DNA of 64,000 bases from assembly GCA_965277805.1 (NCBI GenBank), contig OZ255842.1, forward strand, positions 4,832,001-4,896,000, given 5' to 3'. The notes beneath the pieces are model-generated. The model worked only from the letters and a program-made list of their open reading frames with translations. It was not told the origin of the DNA and searched no databases. Below are positions 10,706 to 20,959 of the stretch, in pieces. A program made the position numbers and the translations under genes. Source of the DNA: Candidatus Lustribacter sp. GTDB taxonomy: Bacteria > Vulcanimicrobiota > Vulcanimicrobiia > Vulcanimicrobiales > Vulcanimicrobiaceae. Position 1 is the stretch's first letter, and each line of letters opens with the position of its first letter.

Positions 10706-13700
10706 TCTTCGCGAGCGAGAAGCGCTCGGTGCGCGTGCAGCGCAGCATACGCCGCGCGCGTGCGCGCGTCGGGCAGTTTCTCGAGCCGTGCGCGTACCAG
10801 CGCGCCCGCACGTTCGCGTAGCGCGTTCGACTTCGCCGTGCGGCCGATCGCCGCAAACCCGTCGGCCGCTTTCGCGAGCGCATCGGCCGGCATGACGACC
10901 GCATTCTCGTCGATTGAAATCGCTGCGTCGAGTTCCGCGGCAAACTCGCCCGCCTGGTCGCGCTTCCCGCACGCAATCAGCGTCGGAATCATTTCAGCGA
11001 TGAGTTCGCGTCGCTCGTCGGCGAAGCCGGGCGCCGCGCAAATCGCCAGCGCTTCGGTGAACAGCCGGAGGCTCTCGCCGGGGTCGCGATCGAGCAGACG
11101 CAACGCACTTGCGGAATGTCCGAGCGCGGTTGCGATCATGCGTTGGTCCGGAATATTGCGCGCGATCTCGAGCGCGCGCTGCGCTTCGGCCAACGCCCGC
11201 TCGCCGTCGCGTCGCAAAAGCGCAACGTACGCGAAATTCGCATGACAGAGCGAACGGCCCAGCGCGTTGTCGAGCCGAAGAACGTGCGCGAGCGCCTCCC
11301 GGTAGTAGTGTTCCGCATCGTCGAGCAGGCCGACATGATTTTCGAGCGCGCCGGCGTTAATCGCGATCGACGCGCGCGATTGGGGCTTACCGATGCGTTC
11401 AAAAATCGCCGCTGCCGCCCGAATGTGTTCTCGTGCCGACGCGACGTCGAAGGACCACCAGTCGATGCGCGCAGCGACTTGGTGCGCGTTGCCTTCTCCC
11501 TCGACGTCGCCGATTTTCCGGCAGAGTTCGAGAAGCGCCGGCGACAGCCGCGCGGCTTCGCCGCGGTCGGCCATCTCCACGGCGAGCATCGCTTGCGCCC
11601 GGACGATTGCGAGTTGGTCCGCGAGCGAAGGATCGGCTCCGGCCTGCCGCTCCGCTTCGCGGATGACCGTTTGCGCCGGCTCGAAGTCGGCCGCGGCTGT
11701 AAGCGCGTGCGCGACGGTGCGGAGATCGTCGAAGCGTTCGGACGGCGTCCGCGCGAGGCCGTCGATAGCATCGATGTTATGCATCGTGCGTGCGGCCGAA
11801 GCGGGGTAACCCCGCGCGATGTCCCCCCGGGCGCGACAGCGCAGCGTCTTGGCCATCATACTCGCGTCGCCGCTCGCGAGCGCGATGCGTTCGAGCTCAT
11901 CCGTGGCGTGGCGCTGCCGTTCGAAGTCGCCGGTCTGCAACCCGAATTCGCTCGATCTCTGAAGAGCGATCGCGCGCAGAGCATCGTCGTCGAGATCGTT
12001 CGCGAGTGCGAGCATCATCGCGGCGGCATCGTGCTGACGTTGACCGTCGCCGCACGTCAGCGCGGCCGATTCGATGGCGGCATACAGAGCGAAACGTTCC
12101 GGCAGGCGCTGCTCGAGCCGCAGTGCATGGTCTGCAAACGCGATGGCATCCTGCCATGCGTATTGGCCGCGCGCGACGCTCGCCGCACGGGCGTAATATC
12201 GAGCGGCTTCGTCCGTCCGTCCGGCTCTCTCGAAATGCTGAGCAAGGACGCGCGCGAATTCGTCTTGGCGGTCGGGGAAGAGCTGCAGAATCGCTTTGGC
12301 AAACCGCCGGTGCCGCCGCCTCTCGACGTCGGCCGGCATCGATTGCAGCACGGTTGCCCGGATGAGATCGTGCGTGAACTGATAGTCGCCACGCGATCCG
12401 GCCGCCGTTTCACGGAGCACGAAGCGATCGACGAGCTCGTCTGCCGCATCGAGGACTTCCGCCAACGGCCAGCCGGATGCGTGTTGCAGCACGTCGATCG
12501 AGACGATCGTGCCGCCGACGGCCGCAATGTCGATGAGCGAACGCGCTGCCTCGGAAAGCATAGCGACGCGCGCATTGATCGTCGATTCGAGCGTTGCCGG
12601 TATCTCGCCGGGTTCGTCGTCGTTGCATTCGGACCGCGCGCCGTACTCGCGAACGAGCTCGCTGAGAAAGAGCGGGTTGCCGTTTGCGAGATCGATGGCG
12701 CGGCTGCCGAAGGCAGGGGATACGGCCTTGTAGTCCTGAACGATTTTCCGGCAGGCCGTCGCGTCGAGCCGGCCGAGGCCGAGACGCAGCGCCCACTTCA
12801 TCGCCGGATCACTTCGGAACGACTGCAGGGCACTCGTCATCTGCTCCTCGCGAAACGAGACGATCGTCAAAAACGGCGATCGCGCGCACGTTCGGGCAAT
12901 GCGCGTGATCAGATCCAGCGTATCTGCGAAGACCCAATGCAGATCTTCGAAGATCATCACGGTCGGACGCGCGGCGCTCAGCCGCTCGGCCGCGAGCGCG
13001 ATCGCATCGAAAAATCGCTCGCGCTCGCGCTGATCGATCAAGCCGACGCTTTCGGGAATCTCGGGTTTCATGGCGCGCAGTTCCGGAAAGCGCACCGCGA
13101 GCGTGCTCAGCAGCGCCGGCGAGAGCGATAATCGGGCGAGTTCGCTGATCGCGCCGGTCAAGGCTTCGGTGACGGGCTCGTACGGCGCCGCTTCGGGAGC
13201 CGACGAGGTACCCCAGAGGACGCGCGCGCCTTCGTGCTCGGCGACCGTGGCGAATTCACGCAGCAAGCGAGTTTTGCCGATACCTGGTTCACCGGAAACC
13301 ATCGCGACCCGGCCTTTGCCGCTCGCCGCGTGTCGCCACGCGTGGCGCAGCGCGTCGATCTCGTCTTCGCGTCCCGCGAATGGCAGTGCGCGTTCGGGCG
13401 CGGGGCAATGATCGTCGCGCTGCGTGTTCACCGATGCATGCCTGCGGATCGCGTCGTGGAGCGATTGCGTTTCGTGCATCGGCGGTGCGCCAAGCTCGAT
13501 TTGGAGCCGCTCGCGGAATGCGTGAAACTCGGTCAGGGCGCTCGACCGGTCACCGGACTCGTAATGCAGCGTCATCAACGTGCGCACCGCGTCTTCGCGG
13601 AATGGGTCGACATGCAGAGCGCGCTGCGAAAGTGCGATCGCCTCGGAGAAGCGGCGCTCGCCGCGATAACGATCGACGAGACCGATCAGCAGGCGCAAAT

Positions 13701-14244
13701 ACAGTGTTCGTAACCGCTCGCGATGCGGGATGAGCCAATCCTCATCGCAGCCTTCGAACAGTTCGCCGGTATAGAGATCGACCGCGCCGGGGGCGAGGGC
13801 GGGATCGGACGCCGCGGCTTCCAACCGCGTGACGTCGAGATCGAGCGGCATCTGCGAATTGAACGCGACGGTTTTGGCGTCCACATCGAGCCAACGGTGT
13901 CCGGTTACGTCGTTAAGCGCACCGTTGACGCGATGCAGATGGCGCCGCAAATTCGTGCGCGCTTCGATCTCCGAATATTCCGGCCAGAATTTATATGCGA
14001 GTTGATCGCGCGCGATTGGCCGATGGCGTCCGAGCAGCAGATAGACGAACAACGGCAACGTCTGCGCAGCCACAAAGCGTATCGGTTTACCATCGTACGA
14101 AACGTGCGGTGTGCCAAAAAGTCGAACGCTGAGCGGCTGAACATCTTCCAAACCGTTGGTGCCGGCCATTGCGCCGCCTTCGGGTCGTTTTCGATGTTTT
14201 CTTGCGGCCGAAGAAACGGCGGCGAACGATGATCGACGCGTCAA
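10690..14244 (-). CDS. SARP/BTAD-AAA-TPR transcriptional regulator (start possibly 14169)
   Basis: VRLFG wHTH, BTAD (DPFREDAVR), Walker A GEPGIGKT, EDLHW, TPR-like C-terminus. Confidence 0.9.
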   Translation of the reverse strand: MTRRSSFAAVSSAARKHRKRPEGGAMAGTNGLEDVQPLSVRLFGTPHVSYDGKPIRFVAAQTLPLFVYLLLGRHRPIARDQLAYKFWPEYSEIEARTNLRRHLHRVNGALNDVTGHRWLDVDAKTVAFNSQMPLDLDVTRLEAAASDPALAPGAVDLYTGELFEGCDEDWLIPHRERLRTLYLRLLIGLVDRYRGERRFSEAIALSQRALHVDPFREDAVRTLMTLHYESGDRSSALTEFHAFRERLQIELGAPPMHETQSLHDAIRRHASVNTQRDDHCPAPERALPFAGREDEIDALRHAWRHAASGKGRVAMVSGEPGIGKTRLLREFATVAEHEGARVLWGTSSAPEAAPYEPVTEALTGAISELARLSLSPALLSTLAVRFPELRAMKPEIPESVGLIDQRERERFFDAIALAAERLSAARPTVMIFEDLHWVFADTLDLITRIARTCARSPFLTIVSFREEQMTSALQSFRSDPAMKWALRLGLGRLDATACRKIVQDYKAVSPAFGSRAIDLANGNPLFLSELVREYGARSECNDDEPGEIPATLESTINARVAMLSEAARSLIDIAAVGGTIVSIDVLQHASGWPLAEVLDAADELVDRFVLRETAAGSRGDYQFTHDLIRATVLQSMPADVERRRHRRFAKAILQLFPDRQDEFARVLAQHFERAGRTDEAARYYARAASVARGQYAWQDAIAFADHALRLEQRLPERFALYAAIESAALTCGDGQRQHDAAAMMLALANDLDDDALRAIALQRSSEFGLQTGDFERQRHATDELERIALASGDASMMAKTLRCRARGDIARGYPASAARTMHNIDAIDGLARTPSERFDDLRTVAHALTAAADFEPAQTVIREAERQAGADPSLADQLAIVRAQAMLAVEMADRGEAARLSPALLELCRKIGDVEGEGNAHQVAARIDWWSFDVASAREHIRAAAAIFERIGKPQSRASIAINAGALENHVGLLDDAEHYYREALAHVLRLDNALGRSLCHANFAYVALLRRDGERALAEAQRALEIARNIPDQRMIATALGHSASALRLLDRDPGESLRLFTEALAICAAPGFADERRELIAEMIPTLIACGKRDQAGEFAAELDAAISIDENAVVMPADALAKAADGFAAIGRTAKSNALRERAGALVRARLEKLPDARTRAAYAALHAHRALLAREDYECA

Positions 14245-14313
14245 GCCAACCCTCGGTTGCTTATTTTCGCAACCGTGAGATTGCTCATTTGACGATCATC
14301 ACGTAGATAGACC

Positions 14314-14502
14314 GTGCGGCACACCGAAAACGGTTTGGACAAGATCGGGCGCATCACCACCGGCGGTCCCGTAACGGAAGTTGCATCGCCGGTCGCTGGC
14401 CTCGGTTTGCGAGGCATCGCGGTTGCACCCTATGGTTCGCTCTGGTTCTGCGAGCCGGGTACCGGCTTGAATCCCGGACGCATCGGAAAGTGGGTCGCCT
14501 AA
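14314..14502 (+). pseudogene. Vgb-like beta-propeller repeat fragment
   Basis: KIGRITTGGPVTE...GIAVAPYGSLWFCE single repeat, no full gene. Confidence 0.5.
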
Positions 14503-14965
14503 CATGCGGCGCATTTTGCTCTTGATCGCTACCTGCCCCATCGTGTCGGCGCGCACCGACGCTGGCACCACGAGGACTCCGATCTCGTCATCCCAGGGCG
14601 CTACTCCTTCGGCGGGTACCACCACGCTGCCGTCGGGAACCCAACCGATCGCTCTCAGCCCGACCTCGGTTTCGTTGACGGCCGGTTCGCCGGTACAGCA
14701 ATTCTCGGTAAGCGAGTCGAATTACACCCGCACGTTCGCCGTTACGAGCAGCAATTGCAGTGGAATTGCGACGTTCACACCCGCAAGCGCAAGCGGCAGT
14801 TTTCAGGTCGTCGATTTTCGTTACGACGGTGAGCGGAACGGTGAATTAAGCCGTAGCGCCGGCCTTAGATCGGTAGCGCTGTAGCCGCGCATGTAGGCGT
14901 GCGGTGACAGCCGGCTCATGATGTCGGCGACGAACTTCGCGTAGAGCTCGCGTCCGCTTGCAATA

Positions 14966-15576
14966 CTAGTGCATGCACGGAATTGCTGTCTCAAGCCGGG
15001 CTCGTAGTTCGATCACCTCCGCACCGCAGAGATCGGTCCGGTAAACTAATGCGCCATTCGCCCCCAGCGTATCGAGAGTCGACTTTGCCGGATGACCGAA
15101 CGTATTATGGCGACCGACCGAAATGATAGCAATGTGCGGCTGCACGGCGGCGACGAACGCCGAAGTCGATGCGTAGCGAGAGCCATGGTGGCCGACCTTC
15201 AGGATGTCTGCGTGAACATCGATCCTGCCCGCGAGCAGACGCGACTCACTCGCCTCGCCGGCGTCTCCCATGAAGAGTTCACGAAACGTGAGCGATCCGT
15301 CGATATACGTCAGCCTTGTGACGATGCTGTTTTCATTTATGTCGTCACCAGTGTCGGCGAGGAACGGAAACGAAGGCGCGAGTAGGTCGAGCTCCACGCC
15401 GTCGTCCGATGACCATCGGATTCCGCGCCGCGCGATGACGATCGGCACGTGATGCGCATGCGCCGCGGTGACGCAGTCCCGATAAGCGCGACCCGCGTAC
15501 GTCTGCCCCGAATCGAACAGCAACCGTACCGGCATTGCGTCGATGATCGGAGCACAGCCACCGACGTGATCGCCGT
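14966..15576 (-). pseudogene. comEC: comEC 3' part (C-terminal MBL domain), separated by the element
   Basis: GDHVGG, NENSIV, LFMGDAG, LKVGHHGS, ISVGRHNTFGHP. Confidence 0.93.
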
Positions 15577-15580
15577 AGGG
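15570..15580. other. Left attachment junction
   Basis: TCGCCGTAGGG versus TCGCCGTGGGG at right end. Confidence 0.9.
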
Positions 15581-15654
15581 AAATAAAACACATACCAAAG
15601 GGTCTCGCCGATGGTTCAGATCGGCGAGGCCCACGCACCGGAAAGTGACTTCCA

Positions 15655-15909
15655 GTGACCCGTTCAGCTTACCACGGCAGCCACTCCACGAAGAAGTGGG
15701 CGACGGTCTCGACCACAAGCCTGATGCGCCAAGCCGGCGAACGTGCCGAATGGGACGTCTCCAGGGCGGTCTCGATCCTCCGGAGCTGGTCATACGACCA
15801 CCCGAACGCCAAGTCGGCGATCGCGATCATTGTGAGCAAGGCCGCTGGCGCCCCGAAGTTCGCCATCGACGAAAAGCACCTGAGGACCATCGTCGGAGTC
15901 GCTGCGTGA
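15655..15909 (+). CDS. Small hypothetical protein
   Basis: Stop overlaps next start (GTGA 15906-15909). Confidence 0.4.
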   Translation: MTRSAYHGSHSTKKWATVSTTSLMRQAGERAEWDVSRAVSILRSWSYDHPNAKSAIAIIVSKAAGAPKFAIDEKHLRTIVGVAA

Positions 15910-16088
15910 ACGCCGCCGCCGCAAAGGCCAAGGGGTTCGCCACCGCCGCGTGCGGTTCTCTAGGCTGGCACGCATCGTGCATAGCCTGCAATTGGACGCA
16001 GCAGCCCGATCTGCGCCGGTACTACAGCGACGCTGCACGCGCGGCCCGCCTGCACAGCGCCCAACTGCACAAGGACACAAGCCGATGA
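15906..16088 (+). CDS. Small CxxC...H...H Zn-finger-like protein coupled to the recombinase
   Basis: WHASCIACNW...AARLHSAQLH; GTGA and ATGA overlaps at both ends. Confidence 0.5.
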   Translation: MNAAAAKAKGFATAACGSLGWHASCIACNWTQQPDLRRYYSDAARAARLHSAQLHKDTSR

Positions 16089-17062
16089 CCGCGCTGGCGA
16101 CAACGCTTGAACCAGCTGCGGCGATGCTGGCCATGATCCAAGATCTCGGCGAACGAGCGAACGATTACGCGACCGCATCGAAGGCCAGCAGCACACGACG
16201 GGCCTACGCGACCGATATGGCCGATTTCGGTGCCTTCGCGGGCTCCTGCGGAGCTGCTACCGTCCCGGCCGACTGGCAGCTCATCGCCGCCTACGCGACG
16301 CACATGGCCGACCGGGGCCTGTCTATCGCGACGATCCGCCGGCGCATGGTCGCGATCTCCCAGGCGCACAAAACCGCCGGCCTCGAGTCGCCTACCGCGA
16401 AGAAGGCCGTGCGCGATGTGGTCGCCGGCATCGCCCGCACCAAGGGCGTCCCGCCCCGGCGCAAAGACGCCCTGAGCGTCGACCTGCTGCGCAACGCTGT
16501 GCTGACCCTGGCTGACGACGACCTCAAGGCGAAGCGCGACCGTGCGATGGTACTCCTCGGGTTCGCGATCGCGGCGCGCCGGTCGGAGCTCGCGGCCCTC
16601 AACGTTGAGGATCTGCATTTCGATGCGCGCGGGCTCGTCGTGACGATCCGGCGGTCGAAAACGGACCAGGAGGGCGTCGGGGCCGAGATCGGCGTCCCGT
16701 ACGTCGACAACAAGGGCCTTTGCGCGGCGCGTGCGGTGCGCACGTGGCTGGACGCGGCCGTAGTCACCTCGGGTCCCGTGTTCCGCACCTTCAGCAAGGC
16801 ACGTGTGCTGCAGGCGAACCGTATCGATGGCGCGGACGTCGCGCGGCTCGTGAAGCGCGTCACCGGGCTCGCCGGGATTGCTGGTGACTTCGCCGGCCAC
16901 AGCCTGCGCGCGGGCTTCATCACTTCCGCGGCCTCAAGCGCCGGCGTTAGCGAGGTCGACATTATGCGCGTCAGCCGGCATAAGAGCGTAACCATCTTGC
17001 GCGGCTACGTGCGGCGCGCGACCGTTTTTGATAAGGCTCCGCTGACGTCGATCCTTGGATAG
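16085..17062 (+). CDS. Cre-like tyrosine recombinase
   Basis: STRRAY SAM-like N-domain; RRSEL, RRSKTDQ, GHSLRAG, RHKS...RGY catalytic residues; AAGGA RBS. Confidence 0.93.
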   Translation: MTALATTLEPAAAMLAMIQDLGERANDYATASKASSTRRAYATDMADFGAFAGSCGAATVPADWQLIAAYATHMADRGLSIATIRRRMVAISQAHKTAGLESPTAKKAVRDVVAGIARTKGVPPRRKDALSVDLLRNAVLTLADDDLKAKRDRAMVLLGFAIAARRSELAALNVEDLHFDARGLVVTIRRSKTDQEGVGAEIGVPYVDNKGLCAARAVRTWLDAAVVTSGPVFRTFSKARVLQANRIDGADVARLVKRVTGLAGIAGDFAGHSLRAGFITSAASSAGVSEVDIMRVSRHKSVTILRGYVRRATVFDKAPLTSILG

Positions 17063-17074
17063 CTGCGCTCGAAA

Positions 17075-17971
17075 TTACGGGTTGTTGGCTAACCAGTTGT
17101 CGACGGCAACAAGGAGATCGACGGCGATCGGCCGACCGGCAAGAAGTAACGTAGCGACGAGCTCACCGTCAAGCGGAAGCGCGGCGCCCGCGGAAACCCG
17201 AGGGGCGATCGCTGGCAAGTTGGCAATGGCTTCCACATAGTCGACGTCCACGATCCCAGAACGATGCACGAGCACTTGCCGGATGGCGTTCAATGCATCG
17301 AGGGTTGGATCGTTTAGCGGACCGAGAATGGCCTGCACATCGCCAAACGCATCTTTATATGCCCTCCGCGAGCCGCGCCGAGGGTCGCCCAATGAGTCGA
17401 AGCGGTACTTCTCACGGAGGAGTGTCCCCATGCGACCGGTCAGGTTGAAATTGTAACGGTGAAGTATTCCTAACGCCACCTGTTTTTGATCGTCTCCGCG
17501 CGGTGTGGAAGCTTTGCTGCCATTTAGGTTGGCAAGTATCTTTGGGTGCGAATTGAGCGCTTTTTCCCACAAGTCCGCTACAAGCGTCTCGAGTGTTGTC
17601 CACGATTGCACAAGAAGTGTCGAAAGAACACCTTCGACGCCGAGTTCGATCATCGAATGATACGACTGGACTGCCTGCCATTGCGCCAGCCCAATCCGAT
17701 AGAGATCCTCGACTGATGCCGGTGAAACAGGAACCTCTCCCGTGGCGGCTCGCCCTGCGTACATACTCGTCACGATCGTCTGAACAATCGCGTCGCCGCG
17801 CCACAAATTTTTAGTAGCTGCTTGGTAGACCGGCCGCAGTTCTGGCGTTTTCAACTGTTGGGCGAGCGGCTCTCCGCGCATCATCCATGGGATTAAGCCG
17901 GTGAGTTTGAAATCACGTTGTGGAACGGTGCTGTCCATCGCGTTTGCTTCCGCACAAAGAGAACGACCCAT
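17075..17971 (-). CDS. HEPN-motif protein
   Basis: Helical protein with Rx4H motif IRQVLVHRSGIVD. Confidence 0.55.
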   Translation of the reverse strand: MGRSLCAEANAMDSTVPQRDFKLTGLIPWMMRGEPLAQQLKTPELRPVYQAATKNLWRGDAIVQTIVTSMYAGRAATGEVPVSPASVEDLYRIGLAQWQAVQSYHSMIELGVEGVLSTLLVQSWTTLETLVADLWEKALNSHPKILANLNGSKASTPRGDDQKQVALGILHRYNFNLTGRMGTLLREKYRFDSLGDPRRGSRRAYKDAFGDVQAILGPLNDPTLDALNAIRQVLVHRSGIVDVDYVEAIANLPAIAPRVSAGAALPLDGELVATLLLAGRPIAVDLLVAVDNWLANNP

Positions 17972-17987
17972 TCGTTCAGTAGCAGGT

Positions 17988-18008
17988 TCGATAACCTCTC
18001 ATTATCGA
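17988..18008. repeat. lox/dif-like site
   Basis: TCGATAA-cctctca-TTATCGA, perfect 7-bp arms. Confidence 0.65.
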
Positions 18009-18301
18009 CCATGTCTGGGGACGGGACTTGCGGAGGCCGCCAGCAATGCACGCGCATGCGCCGCTGACCACTGCTCCCATAAATCTTTACAAATGCTACG
18101 ACGCGCGCCCTTGGGCATCCGTGCCTTATCGAGTTTTCATTTAATGATATATACAGCAAACAAAGAAAAGAAGACAGTGGCGAAATTTTCCTTTAAAACG
18201 AGGCATTTATGCTTAGTTACGGAGTTTTGCGCACCGATTGCGGAGCGATGCGAAATCGTATAGGCTTACCCAAACCTCAACCCCGCATCGACCAACAAAG
18301 C

Positions 18302-18333
18302 GGCCCCGCCGGCGCTTGAACACCGACGAGGCC
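18302..18333 (-). terminator. G-U-containing hairpin on minus strand (terminator or antisense RNA end)
   Basis: GGCCTCGTCGGTG-TTCAAG-CGCCGGCGGGGCC followed by GCTTTGTT. Confidence 0.55.
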
Positions 18334-18356
18334 AGTCATAGGAAGGATCACTCCAC

Positions 18357-18878
18357 ATGACAATGACCACTACGCTCATTGAGACCGCGAAACCCATAAT
18401 TTACAAAGAAACGAAACCGAAAGTTCACGTGTGGCCGAAGGTCACCGTTCGGGAAACGACCGATGCAGAGCGTGCTGAGGCACTTAGTGTCGGTACCAAG
18501 GCACTCGGCTCAACCGTCGACGCTGAAGAACACAAACTCCGGGCGCTTAAGGCCATGCTCAACGTAGCGCGTGCGGTTTCAGAAGATCCGAAAGCCTTGA
18601 ACGACGTCGGCGCCGTCATGACGTGGGCTGATGGCTTAGACGCGCTCGATCGCCACTATGACGAGTTCGGCGTCACGCAGGCCTTGATGGACCTCGGTGA
18701 AGCAGCGCGCGAAGCGGAGCAGCTCGCGATCGTGTCGGGCCATGCCATCTTTGCCGCAGGCGGAGACATGACCGATGGCGAGTTTGTGGCCACCCCCCGG
18801 ACCCATGTCGCCGAGCAGATCGCGAAATACGGCGCAGCAAAAACCACCACTGGCTACCGGAAAGCAAAGGTCCGCTAA
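18357..18878 (+). CDS. Hypothetical protein
   Basis: AGGAAGGA RBS, 173 aa ORF. Confidence 0.7.
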   Translation: MTMTTTLIETAKPIIYKETKPKVHVWPKVTVRETTDAERAEALSVGTKALGSTVDAEEHKLRALKAMLNVARAVSEDPKALNDVGAVMTWADGLDALDRHYDEFGVTQALMDLGEAAREAEQLAIVSGHAIFAAGGDMTDGEFVATPRTHVAEQIAKYGAAKTTTGYRKAKVR

Positions 18879-19043
18879 ATGCCGGCTGAGATCGACTACA
18901 ACCCGGGCGGCACGATCAAAACGATCTGGCTGGACGTCGACGCTGCCCCGTTCATCGACATCATGCTTGACTGTATCGAGCAGGCGGAAGCGCGCAAGAA
19001 AGTGAGTGCCGCTGACCCAAAATCGATTGCGACCCAACTGTAG
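18879..19043 (+). CDS. Small hypothetical protein (54 aa)
   Basis: TAAATG junction; MPAEIDYNPGGTIKTIWLDVD. Confidence 0.55.
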   Translation: MPAEIDYNPGGTIKTIWLDVDAAPFIDIMLDCIEQAEARKKVSAADPKSIATQL

Positions 19044-19180
19044 TGACCGGGCCCCTTGCACCGGTGGCAACTAACGTGCGCGATAACCAGATTGGCGGAG
19101 CGCGCCTAGTTCGGTTTACCGCTGGCCGCAATGAGACCTGCACGCGCGGCCGTCGGATCATCGCGCCCGTGGCGATCACA

Positions 19181-19414
19181 TCACGGAGAGGGGCGGCGCT
19201 GTTGCTCTTCGAGCATGCGGAGTCGACGTTCAATCGGCCATTTGCGAAAAGCAAAAACCATGAGCAGAATGATATTGATTGGGGATATAAATGTGAGCAT
19301 CGCGATAGTAGGATTGTAACCCGCCTTCGAGGCAATTCGCCAGCTCGCCGGTACAACAAGGCAGACGAAGATGAGCGTAACGACGATACCCGGTATCAAT
19401 TGAGCCGACACAAG
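19181..19414 (-). CDS. Small two-TM membrane protein
   Basis: WRIASKAGY...PINIILLMVFAFRKWP. Confidence 0.6.
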   Translation of the reverse strand, partial: LVSAQLIPGIVVTLIFVCLVVPASWRIASKAGYNPTIAMLTFISPINIILLMVFAFRKWPIERRLRMLEEQQRRPSP

Positions 19415-20187
19415 TGGTCCCTTTCTTAAAAACGGCATGCGCCACGTTGCGATCCTTTCTTGCGGCAGCTGGACGACTCCGGCCGCGTTGCATCCGCCGG
19501 GGCGATGCTGAACCGTCCCGCTCGGACTCATCGGCGTGTCATGGATTCGCCAACATCGCGTTGCAGACTGATCTATTGACCGTACGTTCGTCGTAAACTA
19601 GCGCGCGGTCGAACGTCACCCACCAGACTTTTTTATCGGCGGCGTCGACCTGGGCGTTCGCCGCTACTGCCGCTAAGGTGTGCTCGATAAAAGTGCACGA
19701 GGAGGCGAGCGACGCCGCGGCATTACGCGTAGCCCAAACCGCTCTATCGAACACGTCCGCGTATCTGAAGGTCCATCTCCGTAATGGGACGACCGAAACG
19801 GGAAGCGTGAACAATGGCCCGCTCGCCGCGAGCCAGAGTTCCTGGGCATGTGGATGGCCCGCACCTTTGCCGGCGCTCCGAACGGTACCACGAGAGTGAG
19901 CGGCACACGACGTCGTGGTGCGCAGCGCAATCCGAAAAAAGATGCGGTCACCGATAAGCGCGGATGCGCTACGACCCAATTGTGAGGATCGCCTCCGGAT
20001 CCCGGATCGTCGTTTGTTCACGGAGAGTAAAGCGAATCGACGTTTGGGGCCTCGGCGTGATCCTCATCACGCAACCCCTTTGACTTTTGGCGGATAACTG
20101 TAACGGAATCGCTTGAGCCGAAACTGCCCTCGATTTGATTTTGTAAACAGCCTAGCGCACGTACCACGAAATCGCTAAGGTCGTTCC

Positions 20188-20394
20188 ATGTTAATGTCAC
20201 TGAGAGAGCAGGGCACGCGCGTCAGCTCATGCCCGTATCCGACAAAAGCCGAGCGGGGTTGTAGGGCGGACATCGCGTGGTTTTGCGTGTCTTGCAAACG
20301 ATTTTCGTGCGGGATGCACGTGACCCGTCAGAGTGGCAACGTGGCATGCCGGCATTGCGCGCAGCAGTTACGTCGCCTGGGTGATCTAAATTGA
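20188..20394 (+). CDS. B-box-like Zn finger, paralogue 1
   Basis: C-x9-C-x5-W-x-C-x2-C-x4-C-x2-HVxR-x6-C-x2-C. Confidence 0.7.
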   Translation: MLMSLREQGTRVSSCPYPTKAERGCRADIAWFCVSCKRFSCGMHVTRQSGNVACRHCAQQLRRLGDLN

Positions 20395-20714
20395 TGGATG
20401 GGCCGTCCAATGTCGATCAACGGGCCGGGGGACAAAACACGGCTCGAGTTTACGATGCTGACCGTCGCGTGACCAAAGTAGAGTGCGCGGAAGCCACGAT
20501 GCGCGGTGAGGCCTGCCGAGCGATTCCGCGTTGGCGGTGCCAAGGATGCGATCGTAACACGTGCGCCGATCATGTCGTGAGGCTGGCTGCGGGACCGCTT
20601 TGCGCAATCTGTAAGCAGCCAGCGACTCCGCTAATGCGGCGCGGCATTTTCTCGCACCATACCGACGAGACAGCCACGGTATTCATGAACCCACCTCAAC
20701 GGCTTAGCCGATAA
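20391..20714 (+). CDS. B-box-like Zn finger, paralogue 2
   Basis: Same motif with identical spacing. Confidence 0.7.
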   Translation: MMDGPSNVDQRAGGQNTARVYDADRRVTKVECAEATMRGEACRAIPRWRCQGCDRNTCADHVVRLAAGPLCAICKQPATPLMRRGIFSHHTDETATVFMNPPQRLSR

Positions 20715-20719
20715 TTCCG

Positions 20720-20959
20720 ATGAAAATTCAAAGGAAGGCCGAACGGCGAAAGGAGCCGCCTCATTGCGCGCAGGTCAGCGCAAACCGAAAACATTGCAAG
20801 TCGATACCGGCCTGGCGTTGCGAAATGTGCGCGACGGTTTTGTGCGGTGTGCACGTCGTCAGGAACGAGTACCGCGCGAGTTGCCGGCTCTGTGGGAGCA
20901 ACGTGGTTCGCTTCAGTAAGCGCCTCGGCGAACGGCGGGCATCAATTTCGTTGCAGTGA
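20720..20959 (+). CDS. B-box-like Zn finger, paralogue 3
   Basis: Same motif with identical spacing. Confidence 0.7.
   Translation: MKIQRKAERRKEPPHCAQVSANRKHCKSIPAWRCEMCATVLCGVHVVRNEYRASCRLCGSNVVRFSKRLGERRASISLQ

Noticed and set aside
11116-13131. 671-aa plus-strand ORF and similar long antisense ORFs (6963..8126, 53189..54274)
   Set aside because: Shadow frames of well-supported genes in high-GC DNA
15577-15793. N-terminal extension making 14966..15793 a stand-alone gene
   Set aside because: Sequence beyond the att core is element DNA without ComEC similarity; expression of a free MBL half is unsupported
16085-17062. Classical integron (IntI with attC sites)
   Set aside because: Protein is Cre-like with no evident IntI-specific insertion, and no RYYYAAC...GTTRRRY hairpin series was seen
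16085-17062. Tyrosine recombinase as the element's integrase
   Set aside because: Short 7-bp core, attP dyad symmetry and position at the junction fit the serine recombinase better
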